A stretch of 60,436 nucleotides of DNA, counting the filler. It is 5 parts of 5 records of this genome, joined end to end, with 100 filler letters (N's around TTAATTAATTAA, not from the genome) between each part and the next. Parts side by side here need not be neighbours in the genome. Positions count along the whole stretch, not along the records: positions 43,531 to 51,197 come from DRR723986_8072; positions 51,298 to 60,436 come from DRR723986_8077; 3 more parts are not named here. One strand, written 5' to 3'. The notes beneath the pieces were generated by a model. That model was not told the origin of the DNA and made no database searches. It saw nothing but the letters and a program-made list of their open reading frames with translations. Both the position numbers and the translations under genes were made by a program. Shown piece after piece: positions 47,888 to 59,369 of this stretch (positions are counted from its first letter, which is position 1; each line of letters opens with the position of its first letter).

Positions 47888-49819
47888 TCAGGCATCCTCC
47901 AATCGAACAAGTGCCGCACCCGCTTCGACTTGCGAACCATCACTGACCAAAACTTCGGCGACGACCCCGTCGCGTGCTGCCAGCAGCGAATGCTCCATCT
48001 TCATGGCCTCGAGAATGGCCAAACGATCGCCTTCTTTGACCTCTTGCCCGGCTTTTGCAAAGACGGCTTTGACCAGTCCCGGCATTGGCGCCTCAATCAA
48101 GTTTCCATCACCTGTTGCACTTGCGGCGCGGTTCAAAGGATCGATGACCTGAAAGGCCATGCCGTAGCCTTCGAATACGGTGATCTCGCTGCCTGCCTGA
48201 ACGACATCGGCCATTGCCTGTCCGTCAACACGCCAAGTCCCACCTATGCGATCTGCTAGAACCTGTTCATCCCCAACCTGCCAGAGTTGGCGATTTGGAC
48301 CGTCGACTTGCACATCTGCATCAAACACCTCGTCCTGCCAACTCAGCTGCACCGCGCGGTGCAAGGGGGCCCAGAGAGAGAAGCCAGTGTCCTCGGCAAC
48401 ATCAACAAGATCCAACGCGACCATCGCCGCCATTGCCTTGTGGCGCGGCATTACTGCCGGTGCCTGTACCAAGGTATCGATATCGCGACCAATAAGACCG
48501 GTATCAACGTCCCCAGCAGCAAAGCCAGCATGCCGTGTCAGCGCGCCCAGAAAGGCAAGGTTGGTGACCGTGCCGCCGACCTGCGTGCCCGCGAGCGCCT
48601 GATCCAACTTGGCAAGCGCAACAGCCCGCGTTGGACCATGCACAATGACCTTGGAAATCATCGGATCATACCAAGGACTGATAGTGTCCCCGGCGCGCAC
48701 GCCGCTGTCCGCCCGGCAATCTGCAGGGAAATGCAGATGGGTCAGTGTTCCGGTCGCGGGCAAGAACCCCTTGGGCACGTCTTCGGCATACAGGCGCGCT
48801 TCGAACGAATGACCTGTGATAGACAGCTCGTCTTGCTGTTTTGGCAGGCTCTCGCCCCCGGCAACGCGCAGTTGCCATTCCACCAGATCAACTCCGGTAA
48901 TCGCCTCTGTCACGGGGTGTTCAACCTGCAGACGCGTGTTCATTTCCATGAACCAGAACCGATCCGGGCGCAGCCCTTCGGAGGCATCGACGATGAATTC
49001 CACCGTGCCCGCACCGCTGTAGCCAATCGCCTCGGCAGCACGCACGCCCGCCTGCCCCATCGCATCGCGCATCTCTTGCGTCATGTCTGGCGCGGGCGCC
49101 TCTTCGATCACTTTTTGGTGGCGACGCTGCAAGGAACAGTCGCGTTCGAACAAATGCACCGCATGTTTGCCATCACCGAAAACCTGAATTTCGATGTGAC
49201 GGGGCTTGGAGACGAATTTTTCGACCAACACCGCGTCATTGCCAAAGGCCGTCTTGGCCTCGCCCTGCGCGCTCGCCAACGCCGCGGCGAACTCTTCGGG
49301 GGCTTCGACAAGACGCATACCTTTGCCACCGCCACCTGCGACCGCCTTGATCAGAACAGGATATCCGATGGTATCCGCCGCCCCTGCCAGATGTTCAGGG
49401 TCTTGATTGGCACCGTGATACCCGGGGACAACCGGCACGCCAGCTTCCTCCATCAGCACCTTAGCGGCATCTTTCAGCCCCATCGAGCGGATCGCATGGG
49501 CTGAGGGTCCGATAAAGGTCAGCCCAGCAGCCTCGACCGCGTCTACGAATTCGGGGTTTTCGGACAGAAACCCATAACCGGGATGGATCGCCTGCGCACC
49601 AGTCTCCAACGCGACTTGAATGATCACATCGCCTTTTAGATAGCTCTCCGCCGGGGCCGGCCCACCAATATGCACGGCCTCGTCCGCCATCTGCACATGT
49701 TTGGCCGCGGCATCCGCATCGGAATACACAGCCACGGTTTTCACACCCATCACGCGGGCAGTTTCCATCACGCGGCAGGCAATTTCACCACGGTTTGCAA
49801 TCAGAATTTTGTTAAGCAT
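47888..49819 (-). CDS. liuD: 3-methylcrotonyl-CoA carboxylase alpha subunit
   Basis: Biotin carboxylase motifs plus C-terminal EAMKME; operon context. Confidence 0.9.
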   Translation of the reverse strand: MLNKILIANRGEIACRVMETARVMGVKTVAVYSDADAAAKHVQMADEAVHIGGPAPAESYLKGDVIIQVALETGAQAIHPGYGFLSENPEFVDAVEAAGLTFIGPSAHAIRSMGLKDAAKVLMEEAGVPVVPGYHGANQDPEHLAGAADTIGYPVLIKAVAGGGGKGMRLVEAPEEFAAALASAQGEAKTAFGNDAVLVEKFVSKPRHIEIQVFGDGKHAVHLFERDCSLQRRHQKVIEEAPAPDMTQEMRDAMGQAGVRAAEAIGYSGAGTVEFIVDASEGLRPDRFWFMEMNTRLQVEHPVTEAITGVDLVEWQLRVAGGESLPKQQDELSITGHSFEARLYAEDVPKGFLPATGTLTHLHFPADCRADSGVRAGDTISPWYDPMISKVIVHGPTRAVALAKLDQALAGTQVGGTVTNLAFLGALTRHAGFAAGDVDTGLIGRDIDTLVQAPAVMPRHKAMAAMVALDLVDVAEDTGFSLWAPLHRAVQLSWQDEVFDADVQVDGPNRQLWQVGDEQVLADRIGGTWRVDGQAMADVVQAGSEITVFEGYGMAFQVIDPLNRAASATGDGNLIEAPMPGLVKAVFAKAGQEVKEGDRLAILEAMKMEHSLLAARDGVVAEVLVSDGSQVEAGAALVRLEDA

Positions 49820-49909
49820 CCGAGCGGTCCTTTTGTTCTGGGAACAGCGTAGGGATCATGCCCCACACCCCCAGAGTCGTTTTGAAAAGATGAAACATAC
49901 CGAGCAGCC

Positions 49910-51197
49910 TCACATCCGAAACACGCCGAAACGTGTCTCATCAATGGGGGCGTTCAGGGCAGCGCTTAGGGACAGCGACAGTACATCACGTGACTTACGC
50001 GGGTCGATGATGCCGTCATCCCACAGGCGCGCTGACGCATAGAGCGGGTGGCTCTGTTCTTCGAACATCTCGATGGTGGGGCGTTTGAATTCAGCCTCTT
50101 CCTCGGCTGACCAATCACCGCCCTGCCGTTCGATGGCGTCGCGTTTGACTGTGGCCAATACACCCGCCGCCTGTTCGCCGCCCATGACCGAAATACGGCT
50201 GTTTGGCCACGTCCACAGGAACCTTGGTTGATAAGCCCGTCCGGCCATGCCGTAGTTGCCAGCCCCAAAGGAGCCCCCCACCAGCATTGTGATCTTGGGT
50301 ACATTGGTCGAGGCCACAGCCGTCACCATCTTGGCCCCATGCCGCGCAATGCCTTCGTTTTCGTATTTGCGGCCAACCATAAAGCCGGTGATGTTTTGCA
50401 GGAACACCAGAGGGATTTTGCGCTGGCTGCATAGTTCGACAAAATGCGCACCTTTTTGCGCCGCCTCCGAAAACAGCACGCCATTGTTGGCGACGATGCC
50501 CACGGGGCAGCCTTTGACATGGGCAAACCCAGTCACGAGCGTCTCGCCAAAACGGGGTTTGAATTCATCAAACCGCGAGCCATCCACCAGACGCGCGATC
50601 ACTTCGCGGATGTCATAGGGTGTGCGCAGATCGCCCGGTACTACGCCAAGAATCTCCTCGGGGTCATACGCAGGTTCTTCGGGGCTGGCCCAATTTACTG
50701 TTAATGGCTTGTGCCGGTTCAGCGACTGCACCGCACGGCGCGCCAAGGCCAGCGCATGGCTGTCATCCTCGGCCAAGTAATCCGCCACCCCGGATAGACG
50801 CGTGTGAACATCACCGCCGCCCAGATCCTCGGCTGACACAACTTCGCCAGTTGCGGCTTTTACCAGTGGCGGACCGGCGAGGAAAATCGTTCCTTGTTCC
50901 TTGACGATGATGGTCACATCCGACATCGCGGGAACATAGGCGCCGCCTGCAGTACAGGACCCCATCACCACCGCGATCTGTGGGATGCCCTTGGACGACA
51001 TGCGCGCCTGATTATAGAAAATCCGGCCAAAGTGGTCGCGATCAGGGAACACTTCGTCCTGCTGCGGCAGGTTGGCCCCGCCACTATCCACCAAATAGAT
51101 GCAGGGCAGATGGTTTTCCTCGGCAATCTCCTGCGCGCGCAGGTGCTTTTTGACCGTCATCGGAAAATAGGTGCCGCCTTTGACGGTGGCATCGTTG
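49910..51197 (-). CDS. liuB: 3-methylcrotonyl-CoA carboxylase beta subunit (5' truncated)
   Basis: [50 protein letters not shown]. Confidence 0.93.
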
Positions 51198-51297
51198 NNN
51201 NNNNNNNNNNNNNNNNNNNNNNNNNNNNNNNNNNNNNNNNNTTAATTAATTAANNNNNNNNNNNNNNNNNNNNNNNNNNNNNNNNNNNNNNNNNNNN
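51198..51297. other. Artificial contig junction
   Basis: N-run with TTAATTAATTAA. Confidence 0.98.
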
Positions 51298-52126
<829 letters not shown>

Positions 52127-52139
52127 CGAGGGATCGCGC

Positions 52140-52541
52140 ATGACCACCGAGCTGCCAGAATACTATTTCCGTGTCCGCGACAACGGGGCCTTTGTGTTTC
52201 GCGTGGACACCGAGAACCGGCAGCGTCGGATTGAAATGGACCAGATCGCCGTTGTGAACATTCGCAACGGCGAGATCAAACCCCACGGCGGGCGCGATCT
52301 GACCAAACAGGACCGTCAGGAAATAAAAGCTTGGATGGCCGACCGCATCGCCCTGCTGGCCGAACGGGATATGGACGACATCCACCGCGCGGTTGATTAC
52401 CTGAACCTGACCACCCATTGGGTGCAATCCAAAGCCGAGGATGCCCAGCTGGAAGAGATCACCGATGATCTGCTGCTGGCGATGCACGACCTGCGGTCCG
52501 TGTTAGTGCGCAAAAAAGCGGACCGACTGATGAAACGGTAA
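52140..52541 (+). CDS. Hypothetical protein
   Basis: 133-aa ORF with host-like codon usage immediately after the aminotransferase. Confidence 0.75.
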   Translation: MTTELPEYYFRVRDNGAFVFRVDTENRQRRIEMDQIAVVNIRNGEIKPHGGRDLTKQDRQEIKAWMADRIALLAERDMDDIHRAVDYLNLTTHWVQSKAEDAQLEEITDDLLLAMHDLRSVLVRKKADRLMKR

Positions 52542-52585
52542 CGGGCAATGCGCGCTGCTTGACGCGCGCTATTTGCCCGCCCAGA

Positions 52586-53350
52586 TCAGAATTTACCGTT
52601 CTGGTTTTTCCACTCCTCGCGCGGTGCGACCTTCTCGGTGGTATCCCAGTGTTCCACGATCTTGCCGCCCTCAATGCGAAACAGATCGTAAAAGGCCGAA
52701 TGCACACCGCCCACCTCGCCCTCGCAAACGCTCAGCACAAAATCCCCCTCAGCCAGCACCCGGTGCACACGTTGGTAATCGATCCGCTGCCCCCCGGCTG
52801 TTGACGGATCAAGTCCCGCGCGCAGCATCCCCAAATCATCGCCCATATGCGGATTGTGCTCGGTGTACACCGCCACATTCACAAAGTCCTCCAGACGCTC
52901 CACCTGCCCAGCAATCAGAACCGCGTCTGCAAACGCCAGAACCAGCGCTCGGTTGTCCTCAGTCAGATCCAGATCCGTACTCTCGGATGGGCCATCCACC
53001 ATACTATGCCCTGACCCGTTCAGCCCCTGCCGTTCTTGGATATTGTCCCAATGTTCAACCGCTTGACCGTTCTCAAACCGGAACACCTCGAAACAGATCT
53101 TTCGGCTGGCAAAGTCGTATTCCATATGCGCAAACACATATTCCCCGTCCTGAAACCCGCGAACCATATTCACCCGAGGCTCGGTCCTGGACAACCGCGC
53201 GAACAACTGTGCCAAACCTTCGCTGCCTTCGTGCGTCTGTGGATTGTGCTGAATGTAAGCGCTCTCGTTCACCACCGCGACCGGCCCCGGATCCCCCGTT
53301 TCAATGCTCTTCAACAGATCTCTGATCTGCTCCACCCGAGGTGCCACCAT
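52586..53350 (-). CDS. Tandem SnoaL/NTF2-like domain protein
   Basis: Two copies of Y.QHNP/Y.EHNP .. FRFENG/FRIEGG .. VEHWD. Confidence 0.85.
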   Translation of the reverse strand: MVAPRVEQIRDLLKSIETGDPGPVAVVNESAYIQHNPQTHEGSEGLAQLFARLSRTEPRVNMVRGFQDGEYVFAHMEYDFASRKICFEVFRFENGQAVEHWDNIQERQGLNGSGHSMVDGPSESTDLDLTEDNRALVLAFADAVLIAGQVERLEDFVNVAVYTEHNPHMGDDLGMLRAGLDPSTAGGQRIDYQRVHRVLAEGDFVLSVCEGEVGGVHSAFYDLFRIEGGKIVEHWDTTEKVAPREEWKNQNGKF

Positions 53351-53524
53351 GCCCAATGCTCCGTCAATATCTCTTGCATGTGCAGCAAGCCGCTCTTTGG
53401 CGTCAAACACCAGCCCTTTCGTGCTCTCCCCCCCGCACCACCCCCCGGCAAAACACGGTAGCACCTGAACCGCCCCGCCGCTAAGCTCAGGCCAAACAAG
53501 ACAAAACACAAAGGTCATGATTCA

Positions 53525-53941
53525 ATGAAGCTGGAATTTCACCACATCAACTTTGTCTCCGAAGACGTCGACCGGTTGCATGATTTCTACACCAATGTGC
53601 TGGGCCTCGATGACATCGCCCAAGAAAACTTTCCCCGCACCAAGGCCACAAAGGATCACGGCTACACCGGTAAGATCCGTTTCGCCACCGAAGGCGCAAT
53701 GCAGATGCATCTTGCAGAACGCGCCTTTGATGTGGGGTTCAAACACGACCAGATCATCAACCCGGTCGAACGCGGCCATATCGCCTTTCGCACCGACGAT
53801 CTGCCTGCCTTCCTGCGCAAACTCGATGAAAACGGCATTCCCTATTCGGATTATGGAACCACCTTTGCAAAGGAATGGCATCAGGTGTTTTTCATGGATC
53901 CCGAGGGCAACGTGATCGAAGTCCACCAACAGGTGGCCTAA
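53525..53941 (+). CDS. VOC/glyoxalase-family protein
   Basis: HHINF..FYTNVLGL, GHIAFRTDD, FFMDPEGNVIE. Confidence 0.9.
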   Translation: MKLEFHHINFVSEDVDRLHDFYTNVLGLDDIAQENFPRTKATKDHGYTGKIRFATEGAMQMHLAERAFDVGFKHDQIINPVERGHIAFRTDDLPAFLRKLDENGIPYSDYGTTFAKEWHQVFFMDPEGNVIEVHQQVA

Positions 53942-53974
53942 TCCCGGCCACCTGGATACGTCAGGGGCGCTCCC

Positions 53975-55348
53975 TCACTCAGCAGGCACGCTATCCGTGC
54001 CAATCCGTTTGATCGAGCGTCCCCAGAATCGCGCCATCAGCAACACCGCTGCACAGCCCAATCCCAAAACCAAGCCCATCCAGACACCGATGCCCTGCCA
54101 GCCAAAGACGAACCCAAACACATAGCTGGCCGGAATGCCCACGACCCAATAGCTCAGCGCCGCCATCACCATCGGCACGGCGGTGTCCTGCACCCCGCGC
54201 AACACGCCCAGCGCAATCGCCTGAATGCCATCCACCAACTGGAACAAGGCCGCCATCCCCAACAGACCAACCCCAATCGCAAGGATCTCTGCGCGATTGG
54301 CTTCTCCGTCTTTCAGGAACAAGGAAATCAACAAGTCCGAACAGGTCAGGAAAATCACCACCGACACCGCAGAGACCGCCAACGAGATCACCGTCACAAC
54401 CACCGTCCCACGCGCCATATGCGCCCGGTCTTGTCGCCCAAAGGCATTGCCCGCCCGGATCGTCGCCGCGTTACTCAGCCCCAGATGCACCATAAAGGTC
54501 GCCGCCGCCAATTGCACCGCAATCCCATGCGCCGCCAAGGGCACCGTGCCGATCCACCCCATCATAAAGGCCGACGCCCCAAACATCGAAACTTCGCTCA
54601 GGTTGGTCAATCCAATCGGCAGACCGATCTTGAACACCCGGCCAAACATCTCCCAATCGGGGCGCCAGAACCGTTGAAACAACGCATGTTCGGGCAACAC
54701 CAGCAGCGCATAAATCACCACCGCAACCAGCGACACAACCTGCGTCACAACCGAGGCAATGCCCGCCCCCTGAATGCCCAACTGCGGCGCACCCCAGTTG
54801 CCAAAGATCAACGCATAGTTCCCCATGGCATTGACCACAGCCGCCAGAATGGTGATCCATAACACGATCTGCGTGCGCTCAAGCCCCGCCAGATAGGATT
54901 TCAACGCCATCACCATCAGCGCCGGGAAAATACCCCAGCCCGCAACGCGCAGATACTCAGCCGCCAACGCCGCCACATCAGGTTTCTGACCCAACGCCAA
55001 CAGGATCGGCTCGGACCACCACAGCAGCCCCATCGCCAACACCCCAAACAGCTGCGTCTGCCACAGCCCCATGCGCGTCACCCGCCGGATCGAGGTCTCG
55101 TCCCCCTGCGCATCCGCCGCCGCAACCATCGGCATGATCGCAATGGCAAGCCCACCGCCCAGCATGAACAGGATAAAGAAATAGCTCCCGGCCAACGTCA
55201 CCGCGGCCAGTTCCTCAACCCCATACCAGCCCAGCATGACCGTATCGGTCAACCCAATGGCAAACTGTGCCAGATGCCCGCCAACCAGCGGCAACCCCAA
55301 CACGGCGATCGCGCGGGCATGCCCGCCATATGTCATAACTTTATTCAC
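53975..55348 (-). CDS. MATE-family efflux transporter (NorM-like)
   Basis: DTVMLG, NYALIFGNWGAPQLGIQGAGIAS, FQLVDGIQ..GVLRG; about 12 TM segments. Confidence 0.92.
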   Translation of the reverse strand: MNKVMTYGGHARAIAVLGLPLVGGHLAQFAIGLTDTVMLGWYGVEELAAVTLAGSYFFILFMLGGGLAIAIMPMVAAADAQGDETSIRRVTRMGLWQTQLFGVLAMGLLWWSEPILLALGQKPDVAALAAEYLRVAGWGIFPALMVMALKSYLAGLERTQIVLWITILAAVVNAMGNYALIFGNWGAPQLGIQGAGIASVVTQVVSLVAVVIYALLVLPEHALFQRFWRPDWEMFGRVFKIGLPIGLTNLSEVSMFGASAFMMGWIGTVPLAAHGIAVQLAAATFMVHLGLSNAATIRAGNAFGRQDRAHMARGTVVVTVISLAVSAVSVVIFLTCSDLLISLFLKDGEANRAEILAIGVGLLGMAALFQLVDGIQAIALGVLRGVQDTAVPMVMAALSYWVVGIPASYVFGFVFGWQGIGVWMGLVLGLGCAAVLLMARFWGRSIKRIGTDSVPAE

Positions 55349-55695
55349 CCAACAGGCTTAGGGCCGCCTGTTCCAACAGACAAGGGGCCACACAAAAGTT
55401 TCAAAATGACACATCTGAAAATTCAAAACAGCGACAGAAAACACCAGAAAAACGTCACCGGGCGACAGCGCACTGCGGCCCGGTAACTGCCCACCCCATA
55501 CCCCTTAGAGAGAAGCAGGATCGCGGCCTGTTAGACACGCCCCCTGGTCGTCTCGTTCGGATCCTAAACGGTCCCTGCGCGGCACGGGGGCAAAAGGCCG
55601 GCCCATGCGGCGTGCTGTGTCCAGCCCAGAAACCTGACGCGTTGGTCCTGCAACGCCAATTTTTGCCTCTTCGGCAGTAGGTTGGTATTGAAACA

Positions 55696-56370
55696 CTATG
55701 CCAGCAAGTTGAACTCTACAATCCCTTCTAGAACATATCCCCTGTTCAGCAACGCCTCACGCAGAAGAAATGGCAGCCGCCGCAAGCCTTGGTAGTCGTA
55801 TTGCCAATGCTTGGCAGATGCACAAAACCGAGCCAGCTCATCAATGCGAACCTGCAAGTCCGCCATCGACTGTCTCTCTACTTGGCAAATCTCCCAGACT
55901 GCATGACGATCTGTGATTTGTATCGCGCGCGAAGGCGGCTGCCCGCGCATCGGAGCAAAGGCCGCATCAGTCCTCTCCAAGAGAAAAACAAAACTCCCCG
56001 CCCCCTGATCGTGAACAGTGATCCTGACCGCGCTCGGTATTTTCACATTCGGGCTAGTGTGAACCGTATCTATAAACACTTCTTTCAACAGGATCTTGCC
56101 TTCAACCCGGATATATCGCCGTGCCGACGTCTCTGTTGCTGCCATCTCATACAGCTTGAACGGTGCCCGCATTAACAAATGACCAAATTGCTCAAACAAT
56201 TCGCTCAACTGATGTTCCTGCGCCTTGGCCACACCCTTTTTCCACTTACTCACCTGAGGTTGCCCAACGCGGCACAGGCGGGCAATCTCCGCCTGCGTCA
56301 TGCCCTCATTCATCGCCAGCAGAATCAGTTCTTTGGTGGCCTTAAACTTCTTCTTCGAATGGTCTGACAA
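55696..56370 (-). CDS. XRE-like HTH protein with an unknown C-terminal domain
   Basis: GMTQAEIARLCRVGQPQVSKWKKG HTH; TTG start with an AAGGA RBS. Confidence 0.75.
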   Translation of the reverse strand: MSDHSKKKFKATKELILLAMNEGMTQAEIARLCRVGQPQVSKWKKGVAKAQEHQLSELFEQFGHLLMRAPFKLYEMAATETSARRYIRVEGKILLKEVFIDTVHTSPNVKIPSAVRITVHDQGAGSFVFLLERTDAAFAPMRGQPPSRAIQITDRHAVWEICQVERQSMADLQVRIDELARFCASAKHWQYDYQGLRRLPFLLREALLNRGYVLEGIVEFNLLA

Positions 56371-56390
56371 ATTCTTTCCTTACATAAAAG

Positions 56391-56414
56391 CAGGAGCAGC
56401 CAAGGCTGCTCCTG
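56391..56414 (-). terminator. Perfect hairpin plus short U-tract between the microprotein and HTH genes
   Basis: caggagcagcc aa ggctgctcctg, followed by CTTTT on the minus strand. Confidence 0.7.
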
Positions 56415-56419
56415 TACAC

Positions 56420-56563
56420 TCAATTCGCTTTTTTGGGCTGCGTTTGTTGCGGATTTAACTGTTTTCCACGGTTGCCCTGATGAACCGCGCGTGTCTTGTT
56501 TTGGCCCGCGGTGCCCTTATTACCGTTTTTCATGTCCGCGTTATGATTGGGTTTCTTGGTCAT
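56420..56563 (-). CDS. 47-aa Asn/Gln/Lys-rich microprotein
   Basis: MTKKPNHNADMKNGNKGTAGQNKTRAVHQGNRGKQLNPQQTQPKKAN; AAGGA RBS. Confidence 0.7.
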   Translation of the reverse strand: MTKKPNHNADMKNGNKGTAGQNKTRAVHQGNRGKQLNPQQTQPKKAN

Positions 56564-56716
56564 GTCATTTTCCTTTTTGTGTTCAGTGACATGACCTTCG
56601 CTCATTCCCCGACCTCAGCCGAGGCATAGGACGGGAATAATTTGGAATACTCTGGAATGTCGCGAGAATTCTCAAATTCCCGCGAACATCAGACGTATTG
56701 CTCTGGCAACGCGCCC

Positions 56717-57721
56717 TTACTTCGTGCGCCCATCGGGGTGCAACGCCGTGCCCAGAATATGCTCTGAGCGGTGGATCACATGATGGGCCTGTCCCACGAT
56801 CAGCGGATCGGGCTCGCCCACCACATCCAGATTTTTATCTGGGTAATCAATGGTCGACAGGAAATGACGCATACAGTTCAGGCGAGCGCGTTTCTTGTCA
56901 TTCGATTTGATGATCGTCCACGGCGCATCGGCGGTGTCGGTGTAAAAGAACATCGCCTCTTTGGCTTCGGTGTAATCGTCCCACTTGCCCAGCGACGCCT
57001 TATCGATCGGGCTCAGCTTCCACTGTTTCAACGGATCGGTTTCGCGCGATTTGAACCGGCGCAGCTGTTCTTCGCGAGTGACCGAGAACCAGTATTTGTA
57101 GCACCGGATGCCTGACCGAACCAACATCCGTTCCAGATCCGGCGTCTGGCGCATGAACTCCAGATATTCGTTCGGGGCACAGAAATTCATCACCCGTTCC
57201 ACACCGGCTCGATTGTACCAAGAGCGGTCATAAAACACCATTTCCCCCTCAGTCGGCAGCTCGCGCACATAGCGCTGGAAATACCACTGGCCCTTTTCCT
57301 CTTCGGTGGGTTTGTTCAACGCCACCACCCGCGCCGCACGGGGGTTTAAGTGCTCCATGAACCGTTTGATCGTGCCGCCCTTACCGGCCGCATCGCGCCC
57401 TTCAAACAACAGAATGAACCGCTCGCCGGTTTCCTGCGCCCAATGCTGAACCTTCAGCAATTCGGCCTGCAACAGCGCCTTTTCCGCCTCATACGCGCGG
57501 CGGGGCATCTTGCGGGAATACGGATACCGCCCCGTTTCAAACGCCTGACGCACGCGCTCGGCGTTTGGCGCGGCAGCCTTGCCCTTTGGCTTGGCAGGCG
57601 CATCGCCTTTATCATTTGCAGGGACCGGCGCGGCTTGCGTTTCTACGGCTGCACCCTGTGCAACCTCTTCTTCTGAGGTAGAAATCAGCGCAATTTTGTC
57701 GGCGTTGGGGGCTGTTGCCAT
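56717..57721 (-). CDS. ppk2: Polyphosphate kinase 2
   Basis: FEGRDAAGKGGTIKR, DRSWYNRAGVERVM, WKLSPID. Confidence 0.96.
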   Translation of the reverse strand: MATAPNADKIALISTSEEEVAQGAAVETQAAPVPANDKGDAPAKPKGKAAAPNAERVRQAFETGRYPYSRKMPRRAYEAEKALLQAELLKVQHWAQETGERFILLFEGRDAAGKGGTIKRFMEHLNPRAARVVALNKPTEEEKGQWYFQRYVRELPTEGEMVFYDRSWYNRAGVERVMNFCAPNEYLEFMRQTPDLERMLVRSGIRCYKYWFSVTREEQLRRFKSRETDPLKQWKLSPIDKASLGKWDDYTEAKEAMFFYTDTADAPWTIIKSNDKKRARLNCMRHFLSTIDYPDKNLDVVGEPDPLIVGQAHHVIHRSEHILGTALHPDGRTK

Positions 57722-58010
57722 AGGGTCGTCTCCTGTCCGTTTTTGATTTGAGCGCATCCTACCCCACCCCGCAAAGGCTCACTTTGATCCCGGTCAACAA
57801 ATTCTGACTTTTACAATCATCAACACAAGTGTCGATTAAAGCGACATAACTGGAATTCCTTTTGGTGACGGGGGGTCATTCCAATGTTTCATTTCAATGC
57901 TACGCCGACCCTGTTTCACTCACCCCGCAATCAACGCCCATCAAAGCCACCGCCCCAACACCGCAGACACACCCTGCCGGGCGATCCCTTCAAGCGTTAA
58001 GGAGCCAATC

Positions 58011-59300
58011 ATGAAAACCACGTTCACTGCCGCCGCTGTTGTCGCGGGTCTCGCCGCGACGGGCGTTACTGCCGAAAACCGAATTGATCGCATCCGCCCT
58101 GACGCCCCCGAATTGGCCCCTTACGGCGCGCTGCCGATTGGCGTGCAGACCCTGCAATTCACCAACCCCGGCCAGATTGACATCCTCAACACCACCGCCG
58201 ACGCCGCACCGCTCTATGATCGCCCCCTCACGGTCGAGGTCTGGTATCCCGCGGCGGATGGCACCGAACAGGGCGGCACCTATCAGGCCAACCTGCGTGA
58301 TGGTCAGACCGAGGTCACCCTGCATGGCCGCGCCGCCCGCGATGCCACGCCCGCCAGCGACACAACCTATCCGCTGATCGTGATCAGCCACGGCTACCCC
58401 GGCAATCGGTTCCTGATGTCCCACCTGGGTGAAAACCTCGCCTCCAAGGGATATGTCACCGTCTCGATCGACCACACCGACAGCATCTACTCCGATCAGG
58501 CCGCGTTTGGATCAACCCTCTTGAACCGGCCCATCGACCAACGGTTTGTCATTGACCAGATGCAAGCGCTTGATGGTCCACTGGGGGCCATCACCGACAC
58601 CAGCCAAACCGGCGTCATCGGCTATTCCATGGGTGGCTACGGCGCGCTGATCTTTGGCGGCGCGGGTGTCACGCAAGCCTCAACCGAATACAGCTGGGGC
58701 ACGCCCAACGGGCTGCTCGCACAACACCTCGCCGGGTCCGACAGCCACGCCGCGCTGATTGATGATCGGGTCAAAGCGATCATCGCCATCGGTCCGTGGG
58801 GCATGAACACCGGGTTCTGGGATGCAACCGGGCTGGCCGGGTTCGAAAAGCCGCTAATGCTGATGGCTGGGGGCGCGGATGATGTTTCGGTCTATCCCGC
58901 CATGCGCCAGATTTTTGCAAGCACCACAGGCACCGACCGCCACCTGTTGACGTTCGAGGGCGCAAACCACAATGCCGCCGCCCCCATGCCGGCCCCAATC
59001 GAAAGCTGGGAACCTGTTGAAACCCTCGGTTTCATCCCGTTCGACCACTACGCCGATGCCGTGTGGGACACCAACCGGATGAACAACATCACCCAACACT
59101 TTGCCACCGCGTTCATGGATCAACACCTCAAGGCGGATGCCGACAAAGCCGCCTATTTCGATCTGGAAACCCGCGCCGCGGATGGGGTTGTCGCGCTGGA
59201 TGATGCTGGCAAAGAAACCGCCGAGCACACCCACTGGAAAGGCTTTGCACCCCGCACCGGTCAGGGCCTCACATTCGAAACCCTGACGAAAGGTAACTGA
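58011..59300 (+). CDS. Secreted alpha/beta hydrolase (dienelactone hydrolase/PAF-acetylhydrolase-like)
   Basis: Signal peptide, EVWYPA, ISHGYPG, GYSMGG nucleophile elbow, ANHN. Confidence 0.85.
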   Translation: MKTTFTAAAVVAGLAATGVTAENRIDRIRPDAPELAPYGALPIGVQTLQFTNPGQIDILNTTADAAPLYDRPLTVEVWYPAADGTEQGGTYQANLRDGQTEVTLHGRAARDATPASDTTYPLIVISHGYPGNRFLMSHLGENLASKGYVTVSIDHTDSIYSDQAAFGSTLLNRPIDQRFVIDQMQALDGPLGAITDTSQTGVIGYSMGGYGALIFGGAGVTQASTEYSWGTPNGLLAQHLAGSDSHAALIDDRVKAIIAIGPWGMNTGFWDATGLAGFEKPLMLMAGGADDVSVYPAMRQIFASTTGTDRHLLTFEGANHNAAAPMPAPIESWEPVETLGFIPFDHYADAVWDTNRMNNITQHFATAFMDQHLKADADKAAYFDLETRAADGVVALDDAGKETAEHTHWKGFAPRTGQGLTFETLTKGN

Positions 59301-59369
59301 GCCCTAAAAGTTCCCTTTTCCCCTTGGGACTGCTTGAGTACCTTTACACAGCCCCAAGGGAGCCCAAAG

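Noticed and set aside
48287-49504. 405-aa ORF antisense to the methylcrotonyl-CoA carboxylase alpha gene (also 51242-52147, 59304-60275, 38776-39699)
   Set aside because: Antisense shadows of well-supported genes.
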